Shown one piece after another: positions 40,496 through 53,999 of a DNA stretch of 64,000 nt. The DNA lies in the NCBI GenBank assembly GCA_951406725.2, contig OX597814.1:66836001-66900000 (forward strand), in the 5' to 3' direction. This DNA comes from Octopus vulgaris. Lineage: Eukaryota. Positions within the stretch are counted from its first letter, which is position 1. Each line of letters begins with the position of its first letter. The notes under the pieces are model-generated. The model was not told the origin of the DNA and did no database searches. It saw only the letters and a program-made list of their open reading frames with translations. The translations under genes and the position numbers were made by a program.

Positions 40496-41750
40496 CAGGG
40501 GTTGAACAAAGTAATGGAAACAACTAGCATCATAATTTCCAAATACATATAAAACCGTCAAATGCTTGTTTATTTTTATGTTTTTTGATTTATTAATAGT
40601 GTTGCTTAATATCTTTCGCTAAAATTGATATTTCTTTTCAGATATTATGAGAAAAAAGTAATTAAATTTCATTAAAATGACAGGTGCATCGGACTTTCAA
40701 AGAGGTCAAATTGTTGGGGTTTGTATGGCAGGCGCTAACGTAACGAAAACAGCCGAAATGTTTGGTGTATCAAGAAGTACTGTCTCTAAAGTAATGACAG
40801 CCTTTGAGAAAGAGGGGAAAACCTCCTTGCTGCGACAAAACTCCGGAAGAAAACCAAAACTTTCAGATAGGGACTGTCGGACCCTTACGCGAATTGTTAG
40901 AAAGGATCACAAAAGTACAGCTCCCAAAATTACTGCAGAAATTAATGATCACCTCGAAAACCCAGTTTCCACAAAAACAGTTCGCCGGGAGCTGCGCAAA
41001 GTCAGATTTCACGGGCAGGCTGCAATCAGGAAACCACTACTTTCAAAAACAAACGTCGCAAAGCGTTTAGAGTGGATTAAAAACCTACAGAATTGGTCCC
41101 TAGAGCAGTGGGAAAATGTTATTTTCTCGGACGAGTCATCCTTTACTTTATTTTTGACCACAGGCCGAGTATACGTGTGGAGACAGCCAAAAGAAGCATT
41201 TGACCCTACTGCCTTCTTCCAACTGTAAAACATGGAGGAAGATCTGTGATGATCTGAGGGGAGGCTATATCTTGGAAATTCGCCGCCCCAATGGTTTCCT
41301 TTCAAAGCAGAATCAATAGTCAAGACTATTTAAGCATTTTATCTGATCAAATTCATTCTATGCTTGCGGAACTGTTTCCGAAGGGAAACGCAATCTTTCA
41401 GGATGATAATTCACACAGCTAAAGTTGTTACTGAATAGCACGAGGAACATTCCGGTGAAGTTGAACATCTTATCTGACCAAAACAGTCTCCAGATCTTAA
41501 TATTATTGAACATTTATAGTACATTTTAGAAAAACAAGTAAGGCCTCGATATCCTCCACCATCATCACTACAAGAACTGGAGACTGTTTTAGATGAAGAA
41601 TGGACAAAATTCCTTTGGAAACCATTCAAACTTTGTACGAGTCCATACCTTGTAGAGTTCAAACTGTAATTACTGTTAAAGGCAGTCCTACATCATATTT
41701 AAATAAATTTGTTTGAAAATTTAAGGTGTTTCCATCATTTTGTCCAACCC

Positions 41751-41753
<3 letters not shown>
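40496..41753 (+). mobile_element. Full-length defective Tc1 (DD34E-type) transposon
   Basis: TIRs caggggttgaacaaagtaatggaaaca / tgtttccatcattttgtccaacccctg with TA flanks; ORF 40677 has paired HTH and VIFSDES; later FQDDN and SPDLNIIEHL. Confidence 0.93.
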
Positions 41754-41809
<56 letters not shown>

Positions 41810-41811
<2 letters not shown>

Positions 41812-43305
41812 AACAGAGGCACCCGGCGTTGCCTGGCAATGAAATTTTTCCTTACATATTGGGAAAAAAAGCAAAATATCTTGTATAGAAATTTGTTATT
41901 CTAAATTCAATTTATTCTTCAATTGGGATACAATTTATTCCTTAATTGGGAAATCAATTCTGAATTCATAATGCAAAATAATGATAATAATAAATGAAAA
42001 TACAAGATTTACCACTTTTATGAAAGGAGATAAATTCTACCACATATGTTGAAGGAAATTATGTAAGACCTTCTTCATACATTCTTTGTTTTCTGGTTTG
42101 GAGCATAGACAAATACGTCTTGCAAATTACCTACCCTACATAAAGCTGACCATGAGAAAAGCAAACCAGTAAATTTCAAAGACTGGCCTTGAGCTTTTTT
42201 AATAGACATTGCAAGGCAAAGTCGCATTGGGAATTGTGTTCCTTTGAACTCAAATAGTATGTTGGTTTGATTGGAATTCTTGGAATGAAGACCTCTTCCC
42301 CAGAGGAACATCCAGGGATGATGATAGCTTCTGTTAGATTAGGTGACAATGTCTTCACAATCAACCTCATCTCATTACCTAATTTAGGAGGATCTAAATT
42401 TCTTAGAAGCATTATTGGGACTCCTACCTTCAGAAAAAGTTTATGTGGATAATTTCCTGGTGAATCAAGAGAATTAAGGAACTCTGTTAAGTAATGGATA
42501 GCTTGATTTTCATCAAGGACTGAATCAACTGATTTGTACTTCTTAATGAATGTTGGAATCTTATTCATTAATTGATGGTTAATCCTTGCTACTGTATCAT
42601 TTTTTGCCCTTTCGCACAACCATTTATGTGAATTATAATTGTTACTTAAGTCTAGCAATACCCTGTTCTTCAATTCAGCTGGGGAATTCACCATGATAGT
42701 AATATGAGGCAAACTGATATCACCATTCCCATCAAATGGCACGTTCCCATTTTGTAATTGGAGGAGCTAGGTTGAAAACTGTCCCCATGTAATGAAGCTG
42801 GCACGTTAGTATTGAAGGAGAATTTCATGACTTTATTCCATAAGTGTGAAGACTTAATGCATGGTTTTATTCCATCAATTCTCGTTCGTCCCAGAAGGAC
42901 TGGTAATGCCTGTCTGAAGTTTCCCGATGAAACTAATGCAATTCCTTCCATATTGATGCCACTAATGTCCTGTAAGGTCTTACCAAGAGCTTCCATTGCA
43001 CCTCTATGTGACATGGTGCATTCATCCCAAACGATAAGGTGACACAATACTTCTGCTGAGCCTGAATCTTTGCTTATGTTACAAATTGGACCTTCACTTG
43101 TGACCAGGTTTCGAGGTAATTTAAAAGCAGAATTAGCTGTTCGTCCTCCTGGAAGAATGGTGGCAGCAAAGCTAGACAATGGTACAGCAACTGCAATTCT
43201 TTTTTGTTACCTTACCTTAGAGAGAAACAATGTTACAAATGTTTTATCTGTGCCACCAGGAGCATCAAGAAAGAAAATTCCTCTGATTTTTCTGATGATT
43301 GTGGA
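41810..43305 (-). mobile_element. Helitron 3' half (Pif1-type helicase, decayed)
   Basis: Walker A remnant (DAPGGTDKTF), LPGGRTANSAFKLP, VWDECTM, LKVGVPIMLLRNL, FIPRI, QFPMRLCLAMSIKKAQGQSL; 3' hairpin gccaggcaacgccgggt near 41820-41837. Confidence 0.9.
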
Positions 43306-43482
43306 ACGCCGCACGCACGCACGCACAGATACATATACATACAGTATTAAACATCAGGTGGAATGGACGCGTGTGTGTGCATGTATGTGTGAGAGAGAGA
43401 GACAGTGAAAGCAAGTAAAGGGGTATGTTGTCATGTATACGTACATACATAAATAAATAGGCATACATCATTCTTGTATGTA

Positions 43483-43520
<38 letters not shown>

Positions 43521-43905
43521 CCACTTAGACATCTCTCTCTCGCTCTCTCTCTCTCTCACACACACATACATTCCAAAAAGATGTATGCATATGTATTTAT
43601 GTTTGTACGTATACATGATAACAAACCCCTTCACTCACTCACTCACACACATACATAAATGTATATAAACGTACATACAAAAACACACGTGTGCGTATGT
43701 GACTGACTACAAATACATAGAGCTGAACACGGCATGAAAAAGAAAATAAATAAAAAATGTTTACGGAAATTAACGAAGCGTTTGAGTTCAAGCAAAATAA
43801 TGCCCATATACTTTGGACGTCCCATTTTGAATTGCAAAATTTTAACGTGATTTTGTGTAATAAAGAAATCAAACCTGGTGTGTGTGTGTGTGTATGTGTG
43901 TGTGT

Positions 43906-43974
<69 letters not shown>

Positions 43975-44440
43975 TGTGTGTATGTGTGTGTGTGTGTGTG
44001 TGTGTTTGTGTGTGTGAGAGAGAGAGGGGGAGAGAGAGAAAATTGCAAACAATGAATGAGTTAGACATGGAATGAAAAAATCGTATAAATAAAAGCACGT
44101 TAAAAGCGTACCGAATATTTAAATTTATGAACTTAATAAATATTCCTTTCACTAATTTATTGTAGTTGTTTACAAATAGCGAATTAAAACATTAAAATTA
44201 GACAGGAACAGACTTCGCCCTTTTTACGTCAATAGCGGAAGTTGACATTGAGAAACCTTTTTAAAGAGGTGAATCTAATAATATATAAAATCAAGTAATA
44301 TCCTTTATTTTTAATTAAAAAATCAAATGAAGATCCTATAATTTGTCCGAGGTGGAATTATTCATGTATCACAAGTATGGGTGCAATTGGTGAAGCTGTT
44401 TTCGCGTAAAAAGTGAATAGACACACATCTCAATTTTTTT

Positions 44441-44577
<137 letters not shown>

Positions 44578-45048
44578 CAAAAGGAAAACAGGACGCAAAG
44601 GATTTTGCGGTACATATGTTTTCGGCTTTATTGAACAACTTATTCTTATATCAATGCAAAATTGATACAACAGATAGATCAAAAGCCTTCTTCAGTCGTG
44701 TACAATTACCACACGAAAGACATGTATCACATTATAACAGGTTTGAGAAAGAGTTTGAGAAAAAAACCAAGTTTCATTGGGAAAGTAAATCCTCATAGGC
44801 GTACATGATATTGCAAGACTCCAAAACAAATCGTCCATACCGTTTCTTCACTCGATAAAGAATGAATGCGGGGTAGATTACTTCATATAAGGGAAGGGAT
44901 TGGATATTGAGAGAAAGAGGGAATGAGGGGAAGGGGGTGAAACTTTAATGAAGTTGGGATCACATGAACTATATATATATATATGAATTTTCTGCTTTAA
45001 ATAAAGTATATATATAATAGATATATATATATATAATATTTATATATT

Positions 45049-45139
<91 letters not shown>

Positions 45140-45163
45140 GCATATATGCATATATATATATAC

Positions 45164-45204
<41 letters not shown>

Positions 45205-45600
45205 GCATGTATGTATATGCACGTGGAGATTTAGAGAGGGAAAGAAGCAAATAGGCATTTTTTTTTTCATGGGAGCGAAAAGTAGGAACTTGAAATAAAA
45301 ATAAAGTGCAAGATTATTTATTAGAACCTGGTTTCAGACAACGTTACTTCATCCAAAGATCAACAACGTTTAACTCCGAACAAGGTGACGTAAAACACTC
45401 TCTACCTCCGCCTGCCACAGAGTCGTTGTTCTGCTGGGTCAAAGGAGGGAGAATCGAGAGGGTTTGTATGACTGCTCACGACTGCATAGACACTTAAAAC
45501 AATTAACAAAAGCGTGGTACAAACAAGTAAGTTATAGTCGATTGCGACTAACGACTAAGCATGTTAAACACACACACATATATACATATACATGCATATG

Positions 45601-45639
<39 letters not shown>

Positions 45640-45955
45640 GTATATATAAATATAAACATACATATATATATACACACACTCACATATATCTATAAACTCC
45701 ATAAACAGATCTGATAAGAATATGTATACACATATATTAGATATGTATATTTATACATCCATGTGTGTGTGTGTTTGTGTATGTGTATGTGCGTCTGTGT
45801 GTGTGTATGAGAGAGAGAAAGAGAAATAGTGTTTGTGTGTTAACATATAAGGCTCGCACCGTTATTAAGAGAGTATTTAAGGAGGATTTATATTTGGAAA
45901 AGTTTGACAGACTCGTAACCCACATACACATACAGAGAGAGACACACAGAAGGAT

Positions 45956-45986
<31 letters not shown>

Positions 45987-45993
45987 CATAAAT

Positions 45994-46085
<92 letters not shown>

Positions 46086-46699
46086 GCATCCATATGTAGA
46101 ATAATGAGAATGGGGAGACAGGTTTAAGAAATAATAGTCATTTTACGATGTTTGGTGAAACAAGTATTTATAGTCTGTGTATTTATGTCAACATTTCACA
46201 GGAATGTTATTCGTATTGTGTGTTTGTTTATGAACGTGTGACTTATACGTGCCTTTGTATATCTATGTGTCTGTTATATATGTCTGCTCTTTGCTTCTGT
46301 CTGCCTGTCTTTGTATATTTGTATGTACGTGTATTTGTGTGTTTGCGCATGTGTATCTGAGTGTTGGCGCATGTGTGTCTGTGTCTGTGTGTATAAGTCT
46401 GTGTTTGAGTGTTTTCGGAAACAGACAATTAATAATAGAAACAAGATGGCCTCTAAAATCGGCACAAGAATAGAGTTTATATGTCGATAGTATAGCCGAT
46501 AGTACCGAAACCATTTGAATTGTACTTAATTTTCTTGACCCAGATTAAATGTCACATTTCTCACGGGATTTGAAACTGTAACTTAAAGGGTCCTTACCAA
46601 AACCTGTTAAGCATTTGTCCTTCGCTCTGAAAATTCCGTCATAATACCTCTCTTATAACAAGGCTCTTTGTTTCCCTCTCTTACAGTCTCAATGTTATT

Positions 46700-47720
46700 G
46701 CCACTTAAGCAAGGCACACAATTAGTCTACAAGACATTAATCGCTTGTTAGGCTCTTCCGTCTAGTAACCTAGTCTCTTTTTACCGGTAATCCTAGAGAA
46801 TCATAACACTTTATTTACTACTGTATCCTCTGGTACATGCTTATATGATATTTCTGTAGCAGTGATCTTGATTTCTTTGCATGTCTTCTAATATTCTTAG
46901 GTAGAAAAGCTATCAAAGTTTCTGGTATGTTCTTATGCAATGTGGATCATCCATTTAGTATGTGGTTGATGGACATATCAAACCTATCACTCGAGCAGCA
47001 TTCCAGCTTGAAAGTCTGCTTCAAAATATACTTTGGGAAATATTTCATTCAGAGACACTGATCCTGAATGGCAATCCCCAGGATTTTATATTCTCATTGA
47101 ATGCAGTTCAAAGAACCAGTTGGAACTCTGTTGTTTGTCACAATCCAATCAATATAGTTGTTTTGGGAATAGTTATTATAGAGAGTTATCATGTTGTAAT
47201 CATTTCTGCTTCAATCTTTTCTTTAATTACATAACGAAGCGTACCTCAAGTGAAGCGTTGTTTGTGACTTTTGAGAAATCCATGGGTGGAATATCTATTT
47301 CTGCTAAATAGTTTTATGCTTCTTTAAGTACAACTTTTTTTTACAAAGTTAAGCTGTTTTTTGAAAGTAAATATGCATGAATATCAAGATCCTTCGTTAC
47401 CACTCTGACCATTCTAGTATTTTTTATGGTCCACATCCTTGCACTTTTTAGGTTTTGGTATTTTTCAAACTTTATTTTTTCTCGTACATTCTGTTGTCCC
47501 GCGGAGATGCCTTAAAAATTATTTGGCTATATCTTTCATTTCGTTCACGATAACAATTTGTGGTACTTTTGCTTCAATGTTTTGTCTTACTTGACCCATT
47601 TTCAATACTGAAATGCTACAACTTAAATTCCTTTTCTTATACTCCGTTAGGTTGATATTCGTAACATCTCTCCAAATTATACTTTTTTCTCAGTTCCGTG
47701 CAATATTCTCTAGTGAGTGC
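46700..47720 (-). pseudogene. Highly decayed non-LTR RT relic
   Basis: MDFSKV near 47265-47283 resembles IDFSKAFD; other motifs are barely visible. Confidence 0.35.
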
Positions 47721-48988
47721 GCATGCTAGTTCTGTTTTTATAGAACGGCCGTATTCTACAGATGAGAAGGTCCATCTGCACGGCCTGCTCAGAATGCCGT
47801 GGTGGATAATATGCATTCATGTTCGCCTCTGCCAGTGACATTTTTGCCACGGAGTTAATATCAAATTCAAGCCTGGATTAAGGTGGGTGTCATACATCTG
47901 GAATACTGTTAGGATCTCAGACCCCAATCAGTCAGACAATATAGAACTTTCATTCTACTGAAGGCTGTCATTGCGCATGCGTACGTATTTCATTTAGTAC
48001 TCGGTTGTTGTTGTCTTTGGAGTTGAGTTTGAATCACGCCATCGCTCACTATGGCAATGAAGGACAGGACATTTTTCTCTGTCTAATTACTATAGCGAAA
48101 GATTTTTCGTGATCCCTCCAACCCATCCTTCATCAACTTCTTGAAATGCAACTTGCAGTAGAATGCCAAAATGGCGGAAAACACGCTAATTCGAAACATG
48201 TAAGTCTTCCAATTTGTTAATATATCAACCAGCATAACTCTAAAGTTGTGAAAATATGAAAACTGCAGGAATATACTTTGAAACAGCAGAATTCTTGCAA
48301 CATTTACAAGACAACAAAATATAAAGTAAATGTTTAAATCAAAAGCTGGAGATGTTGTTTCAGAGAATTTTACCTCCCTGTCAGATGACTGTTGTTTATA
48401 TAAAATATATTAGACCTTGTTCCTACTCTATTTTCTACATGTAAAAAAATTCCTTTCAAGTATTCCAAAGTGAGTAGAACCAAACCATAAAGTTTCGTGC
48501 TGCGCATTTGTAAGGTCAAAATATACTTCAAAATGACCTTCAAATTAAATACTAGGATTGTTTGGCTTTATTCTAAAAGGTAAACATTATGACAAATACT
48601 TATGTGTCATTAATGGTACAATATGATGGAACTTGCATATGAATCTTAGCGGGATGTCATGGGATTGTTTGCCAAAGAAATATATATATAATCTGTTGAA
48701 ATGTTTGTAACAGAAGAGAATGAGACCACAAATAAGTTTTATCCGTTAAAACAATTACACACACACGCACACACATGCACACACCCATACACAAATTTGT
48801 TTGACAAACACAAAATATATTTGAAGAGAGACAAAGCGAGACACAGAGTCTATGTGAACGAAGAAGTTTGGTATAAGAAATATAAGCGTAGAAAGGACAT
48901 GCGAATATGAAGCAAAAGTTACAAAGGTTCTAAGTTCGATCCCATAGTGCAGCACACACATATACATATGTATGTATATGTGCCTGTG

Positions 48989-49087
<99 letters not shown>

Positions 49088-49103
49088 ATATATATACACA
49101 TAC

Positions 49104-49760
49104 ATTATCGGGTTAGAAAACGGTGAGAGATCTAATGGATACAAATTAATTTATTAATTAACATATTCACTCTACAATTGTTTCATTTCACAATCAAAAT
49201 TACAGCTACAAAACATATATAAATATATATAATTTGGCATTTTAAAATACGTTGGATGGAAAATCACCAGATCCTTTGTTCGCATTAATTCTTTTCCATC
49301 AAAGGTATTTTAAAATGCAAAATTATATATTCATATATGTTTTGTAGTTTTAATTTTGGTTGTGAAATGAAACAATTGTAGGTGAATATGTTAAATAATT
49401 ATTAGATTAATTTATATAAGGTGGCGAGGTGGCAGAAACTTTAGCATGCCGGGCGAAATGCTAGGCGATATTTCGTCTGTCTTTACGTTTTGAGTTTTAT
49501 ATTCCGTCGAGGTCAACTTTGCCTTTTATCCTCTCGGGGTTGATGAATTAAGTACCAGTTGCGTACTTGGGTCAATCTAATTGACTGCCACCCCCATTCC
49601 AGAAATTTCGGGCCTTATGCCTAGAGTAGAAACGAATGAATTAATTTGTATCCATTAGATCTCTGTTTTCTAACTCGATAATAATATTTCATATTTTACG
49701 ATATTTTATATAATATATTCATTGAAGAAATATATCCTCAGAATATAATATATCAAACCA
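49104..49760. mobile_element. Old imperfect fold-back element next to (TA)n, right arm interrupted by a SINE
   Basis: 49104-49263 is the approximate reverse complement of 49292-49413 plus 49641-49682. Confidence 0.8.
49418..49637 (+). mobile_element. SINE family A
   Basis: aaggtggcgaggtggcagaa...gccttttatcctctcggggttgat...ggccttatgcctagagtagaaa. Confidence 0.85.
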
Positions 49761-49789
49761 GTGTATCTTGGATAAAAAATATCCCTATA

Positions 49790-49992
49790 AGCTTTCTTCC
49801 AAGGAATCTAGTGCTCTTACCTGAGTTTTTCCTTGGGGCTGGCCAGAAATTTGCCGAAATTGCAAAGATAATTTGGAACTCGACTGAGGAAAGAAAACTT
49901 CGAATGACACGTCCGTGTTTTTTCTTCTCCCTTTTTTGTGTCATCTATCTGTCTGGATGTTTTGCGTTCTTGTCCCATTTTTTGTATTCCTT

Positions 49993-49995
<3 letters not shown>
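49790..49995 (+). mobile_element. Family D element; permuted hammerhead with substrate strand deleted (49837-49904)
   Basis: Homologous to 57675-57880 and 60580-60820; retains ggctg, ccag, gccGAAAttgc, atttgg and CTGAGGA. Confidence 0.75.
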
Positions 49996-50028
<33 letters not shown>

Positions 50029-50049
50029 TGAATGAATATATATCTAATC

Positions 50050-50258
50050 TGGCAACTGGCACTCCGTCGTTTACGACGACGAGGGTTCCAGTCTACTCGT
50101 AACATTCACAGACACGTGTACCCTTAACTTAGTTCTCAGGGAGCTTCAGCGAAACAGAGTGTGACAAGGCTGTGCCATCTTAGTCGACTGGAGCAACGTG
50201 AAATAAATTATCTTGCAGAAGGGCACAACGAATATCCTAACCACGAAGTCACGCGCCT
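50050..50258 (-). mobile_element. Decayed SINE-like repeat
   Basis: gactggagcaacgtgaaataaa...tcttgc...gggcacaac, ending cctaaccacgaagtcacgcgcct (tRNA-like head on minus). Confidence 0.5.
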
Positions 50259-51049
50259 GAAGAACGAACGCTGGTAAAACAACAAAGATTTCTTCCTCAA
50301 TTATGAAACACAATTCATATTAAGCCATAAATCCCAAAACCCATTCATAAAAGGACCCATAACGAAGACTTCCACTGTCCCCCATAAACACCACCCCCAA
50401 ACCACACCTCAAACACACATACTCTCGAAACCCCCTCCACACAGGACAAAACCTCCCCCAACCATACAAAAAGCCCTTTTCCCCCCTCGAAAAAATTCAA
50501 GCAAGACCCACCTCAAAACCTGGATCGTTAATCATTCTAACCCTCCTTCCCCACCGACAAGAATCATCAAGAACCCCCCATACGCTAGGAATTATTCCCT
50601 TCTCAATGCTCCCCACTCTCACACTAATAACAAACACCTACCCACACCTATACATCCTACCCACACCTATACATAGAATCCCCACACAACGAACCCCATA
50701 CAGTCCACCCAATCAACACCAACATTCCTGCCACATTTCCTACAGATCTTCAAACCCTCACATCCCACACCAACATAATCACTATAACTACATACCCCCC
50801 TACAACCTTCTATACAGTCTACCCTACAAACACCCACAAACCCACCACATTTCTCACGAAACCTTAAACCATCACATCCCATACCAACATAAGCACTACA
50901 ACTACCTACCCCCTTCCAACCTCCCCACCCAACAACACCCCTACACCTACAACCAGAACATTAATAATCAATACACCCCTTACTTCAACAGTCATTTTTT
51001 AGACAGAGTGGAAAAAGACAGGCACCACCGCTAACTCAGACCCAAAATA

Positions 51050-52877
51050 AGAAAACAAAAATAATAAACCTCTCTAATATAACCCTTACACCAACCCAAA
51101 TTAACATCCTAGCCAGAGACTTGAAATTCACACCTACCCCAAGAACACCCAAGAACACCCAAGGATGACATTTCTGAATTTTGCAGAAAACTTCGGTTAA
51201 CAGAAGCTTTTACAGACCTCAACAATGAGGATGATTCAATTGTCCAAAACAAAAGTAACTACCTACCATCAAAAGGAAGAAATAAAGCACTGTACGATTT
51301 TTGCAACCACATCCAGAGTCTCCCCTTTACCCCATACAAAACCAAGGTTAAGTCCAACTTTAATAAGGATGAATGGAAAAACCTACGAGACCTACAACAG
51401 GACAAAAGCCTTACTATCAAAGATGCCGACAAAGGTAGTACTGTGGTCCTTGTGGACACGGATTTTTATAAACACCTAGTGCTTTCCTTGCTAAACAACA
51501 ACACTTTCTATGAGGTAATCACCAACTATAAACAACAAAAAACACTAAAAAACCTCACCACCCTCATACTCCAACACGGTCAAGGGCTCACGGAAAAAAT
51601 GCAAGCCCAACCTCTTTTATGGCCTTCCTAAAGTCCATAACCGAAGCCTGCAAACTTTCCTCTGACATCCACATCAACATCAAAGCACCGGAGGACCTAA
51701 AACTAAGGCCCATCGTAGCTGGCACCTCCTGCGAAACACACCGCTTGAGCAATTTCCTGGACATCCTTTTGAAACCTTTCCTTAGTCACATCTACTTAAT
51801 GGAAAACTGGAAAAGATACTTAGATGATTGTGTCATCATATGGAAAAAATCTTATGAAAAGCGTCTGGAATTCAAAACCACACTGAACAACATACATCCC
51901 AACATTCAATTCACTATGGAATTCAGCAAACATCATCTCCCTTTCCTTGATCTCCTAATTATAAAAACACCTAACAACCAAATCACAACAGACATCTACC
52001 ACAAACCTACAGACTCACAACAATACCTCCTCTTCAGTTCATGCCACCCAAAACACACCAAGATAAATATCCCTTTCAACTTAGCTAAAAGGATATGCAC
52101 CATTGTCTCGGATCCCAAAACTCGAGAAATACGCCTTCAAGACCTCAAAAAACACTATTACAACGCCAATATCCCTCCACACTCATAGTCTATGGAATAA
52201 AACGTGCCAAAAATAATACACTGAAAACCACCCAACACAGTAACACACCCAACCCCAAAATACTTCCATACATTTCCGCCCACAACCCCAAAAATATCGA
52301 AGCATACACCACAATCATACAAAACCTCCCCTTACTGTCCACAGACCCAAAAATGAATAATATTATCAATACTCATAAAATCCTTAAATGCAAAAGGCAA
52401 CATAAATCTTTGAAAAAACTCTTAACAAATGCCAAACTTCACACACCACATCCATCCCCATCAGTTAAAAAATGTGCACGCCCTAACTGTGGTACCTGCC
52501 CCTTCCTACTTGGAGGCTCTGAATTTACTTTCAAACAAGGAACAAAGTTTAAAATCAAGACCAACTTCTCCTGTTCTTCCGAGAACCTCATCTACGTTCT
52601 CACATGCGCCCGTTGCCAACACAATTATGTTGGACAAACGAGCCTTCCTTTACGTAGAAGAGTAGCGGTCCATAAAGAACAGATAAATCTCCCACAATAC
52701 CGTCAAATTCCACAAAGTAGCCACATAGACTCTTGCGCTAGAGATAAAAATCCTAAATTTCACATATTCCCTTTCTACCAATGTGAAGACGGAATCTCTA
52801 CACAAGAAAGAATCAACAAGGAGAATTTTTTAATTGAAAAATTTCAAACGCATCTTAATATGCAAACTCCACGATGA
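51050..52877 (+). pseudogene. PLE RT + GIY-YIG, frameshifted, RT core deleted
   Basis: IINLS...LKFTPTP, DADKG, LRPIVAG; jumps from FLSHI to WKRYLDD; CARPNCGTC; LIYVLTCARCQHNYVGQT. Confidence 0.92.
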
Positions 52878-53261
52878 CCATACTCCTCTTTCTAGCATCC
52901 TATCTGACAAAAAATTGATATATGCATCCTGTTTGCATCATTCCAATTAAAGAGCATAAAATCCACAGAGTTGTCTCCCCTTACTCACAGGAACTGGATA
53001 ACTCCTACCCCGTTTCCTGTTTTGACACACATTTACCCAACGCTTTAAACTAATCACTACATTTAAACACATGGATCCTAATCCTCCAAAAAAGCTTTTC
53101 CAAGGACTATTATTGAACTCTAAAAGCATAAAGACTCTACAATGTATTGGTATACTTATTTATTAATTTTTGTATATACGTATTATTATTTTTTTGAAAA
53201 AATCATTGTAAATTTCTTTTTTCCCCTTCCTCAATTTTAAAACAATTTCTTTTCCCCTTCC

Positions 53262-53304
53262 AAATCTTGAAAATTTGCCTTGCGATGAAAAACCGGTTTG
53301 ATTT
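53262..53304 (+). ncRNA. Minimal hammerhead variant (U3-A8) in PLE2 3' end
   Basis: aaatc-TTGAAAA-tttgc-ctt-gcgat-GAAA-aaccggttt-gattt. Stem I is 5 bp with palindrome AAACCGGTTT; register at position 17 is ambiguous. Confidence 0.55.
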
Positions 53305-53473
53305 ATAATTTTTTCTTTTTTAATTTTCCATAAACCAATTTTTATAAAAATTTACTTTCAATTCTGCCTTATTATAATTTATACTATAAATCCTCATTGT
53401 GACTATATATATATTATATTATATTATATATTATATATTATATATCATATATTATATATATATATAATATATA

Positions 53474-53541
<68 letters not shown>

Positions 53542-53624
53542 GATTTATAGTATATATATATATATATATATATATATGAGGATTTATAGTATAAGAGGTT
53601 TATATATGCTGCCTTTGAATGTCA

Positions 53625-53822
53625 TATCATATCGCTTCGGCAACATCTTTTAACTACCATGTCTCGAAGTGATCCCTTGACCAAGTTCGCCCACATGAGG
53701 CTGATAACATCATAAGACTTGGCAAACTGCTTCTTGAGCAGCATTAATTTTCTGATAAACTTAAATATATGCCCAAAGAAGTCGCTTGCCTCCGGATACT
53801 TATTGATCAGACCCCGTATATG
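53625..53822 (-). mobile_element. Mariner 5' fragment
   Basis: Minus TIR-like tacggggtctgatcaataagtatccgga. Confidence 0.45.
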
Positions 53823-53999
53823 AGCATGTCTAGATATGCATGAAAATACATACCTAAAACGAACATAGAAATCTGCACGTATACATACATACATGCAGTC
53901 AGATAGACAGACAGACAGACAGACATACATACAAGGTTGGTATAGAAGGTTTTGCTGACCTACTGCCTCTCCCCTATTTCTGTCACCGTGAGCCATCCT

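Larger units (their letters stand above)
50260..53404 (+). mobile_element. Penelope-like retroelement 2 (Neptune-like), internally deleted
   Basis: Low-complexity N-terminal region, RT and GIY-YIG fragments, 3' UTR with HHR-like motif; ends at (TA)n. Confidence 0.9.

Noticed and set aside
45315-45400. Minus-strand GAAA-ccagg-tt with an upstream hairpin
   Set aside because: No CUGANGA-like strand or stem I found.
50606-51034. 142-aa Pro/His-rich ORF as a separate gene
   Set aside because: Low-complexity 5' region of PLE2.
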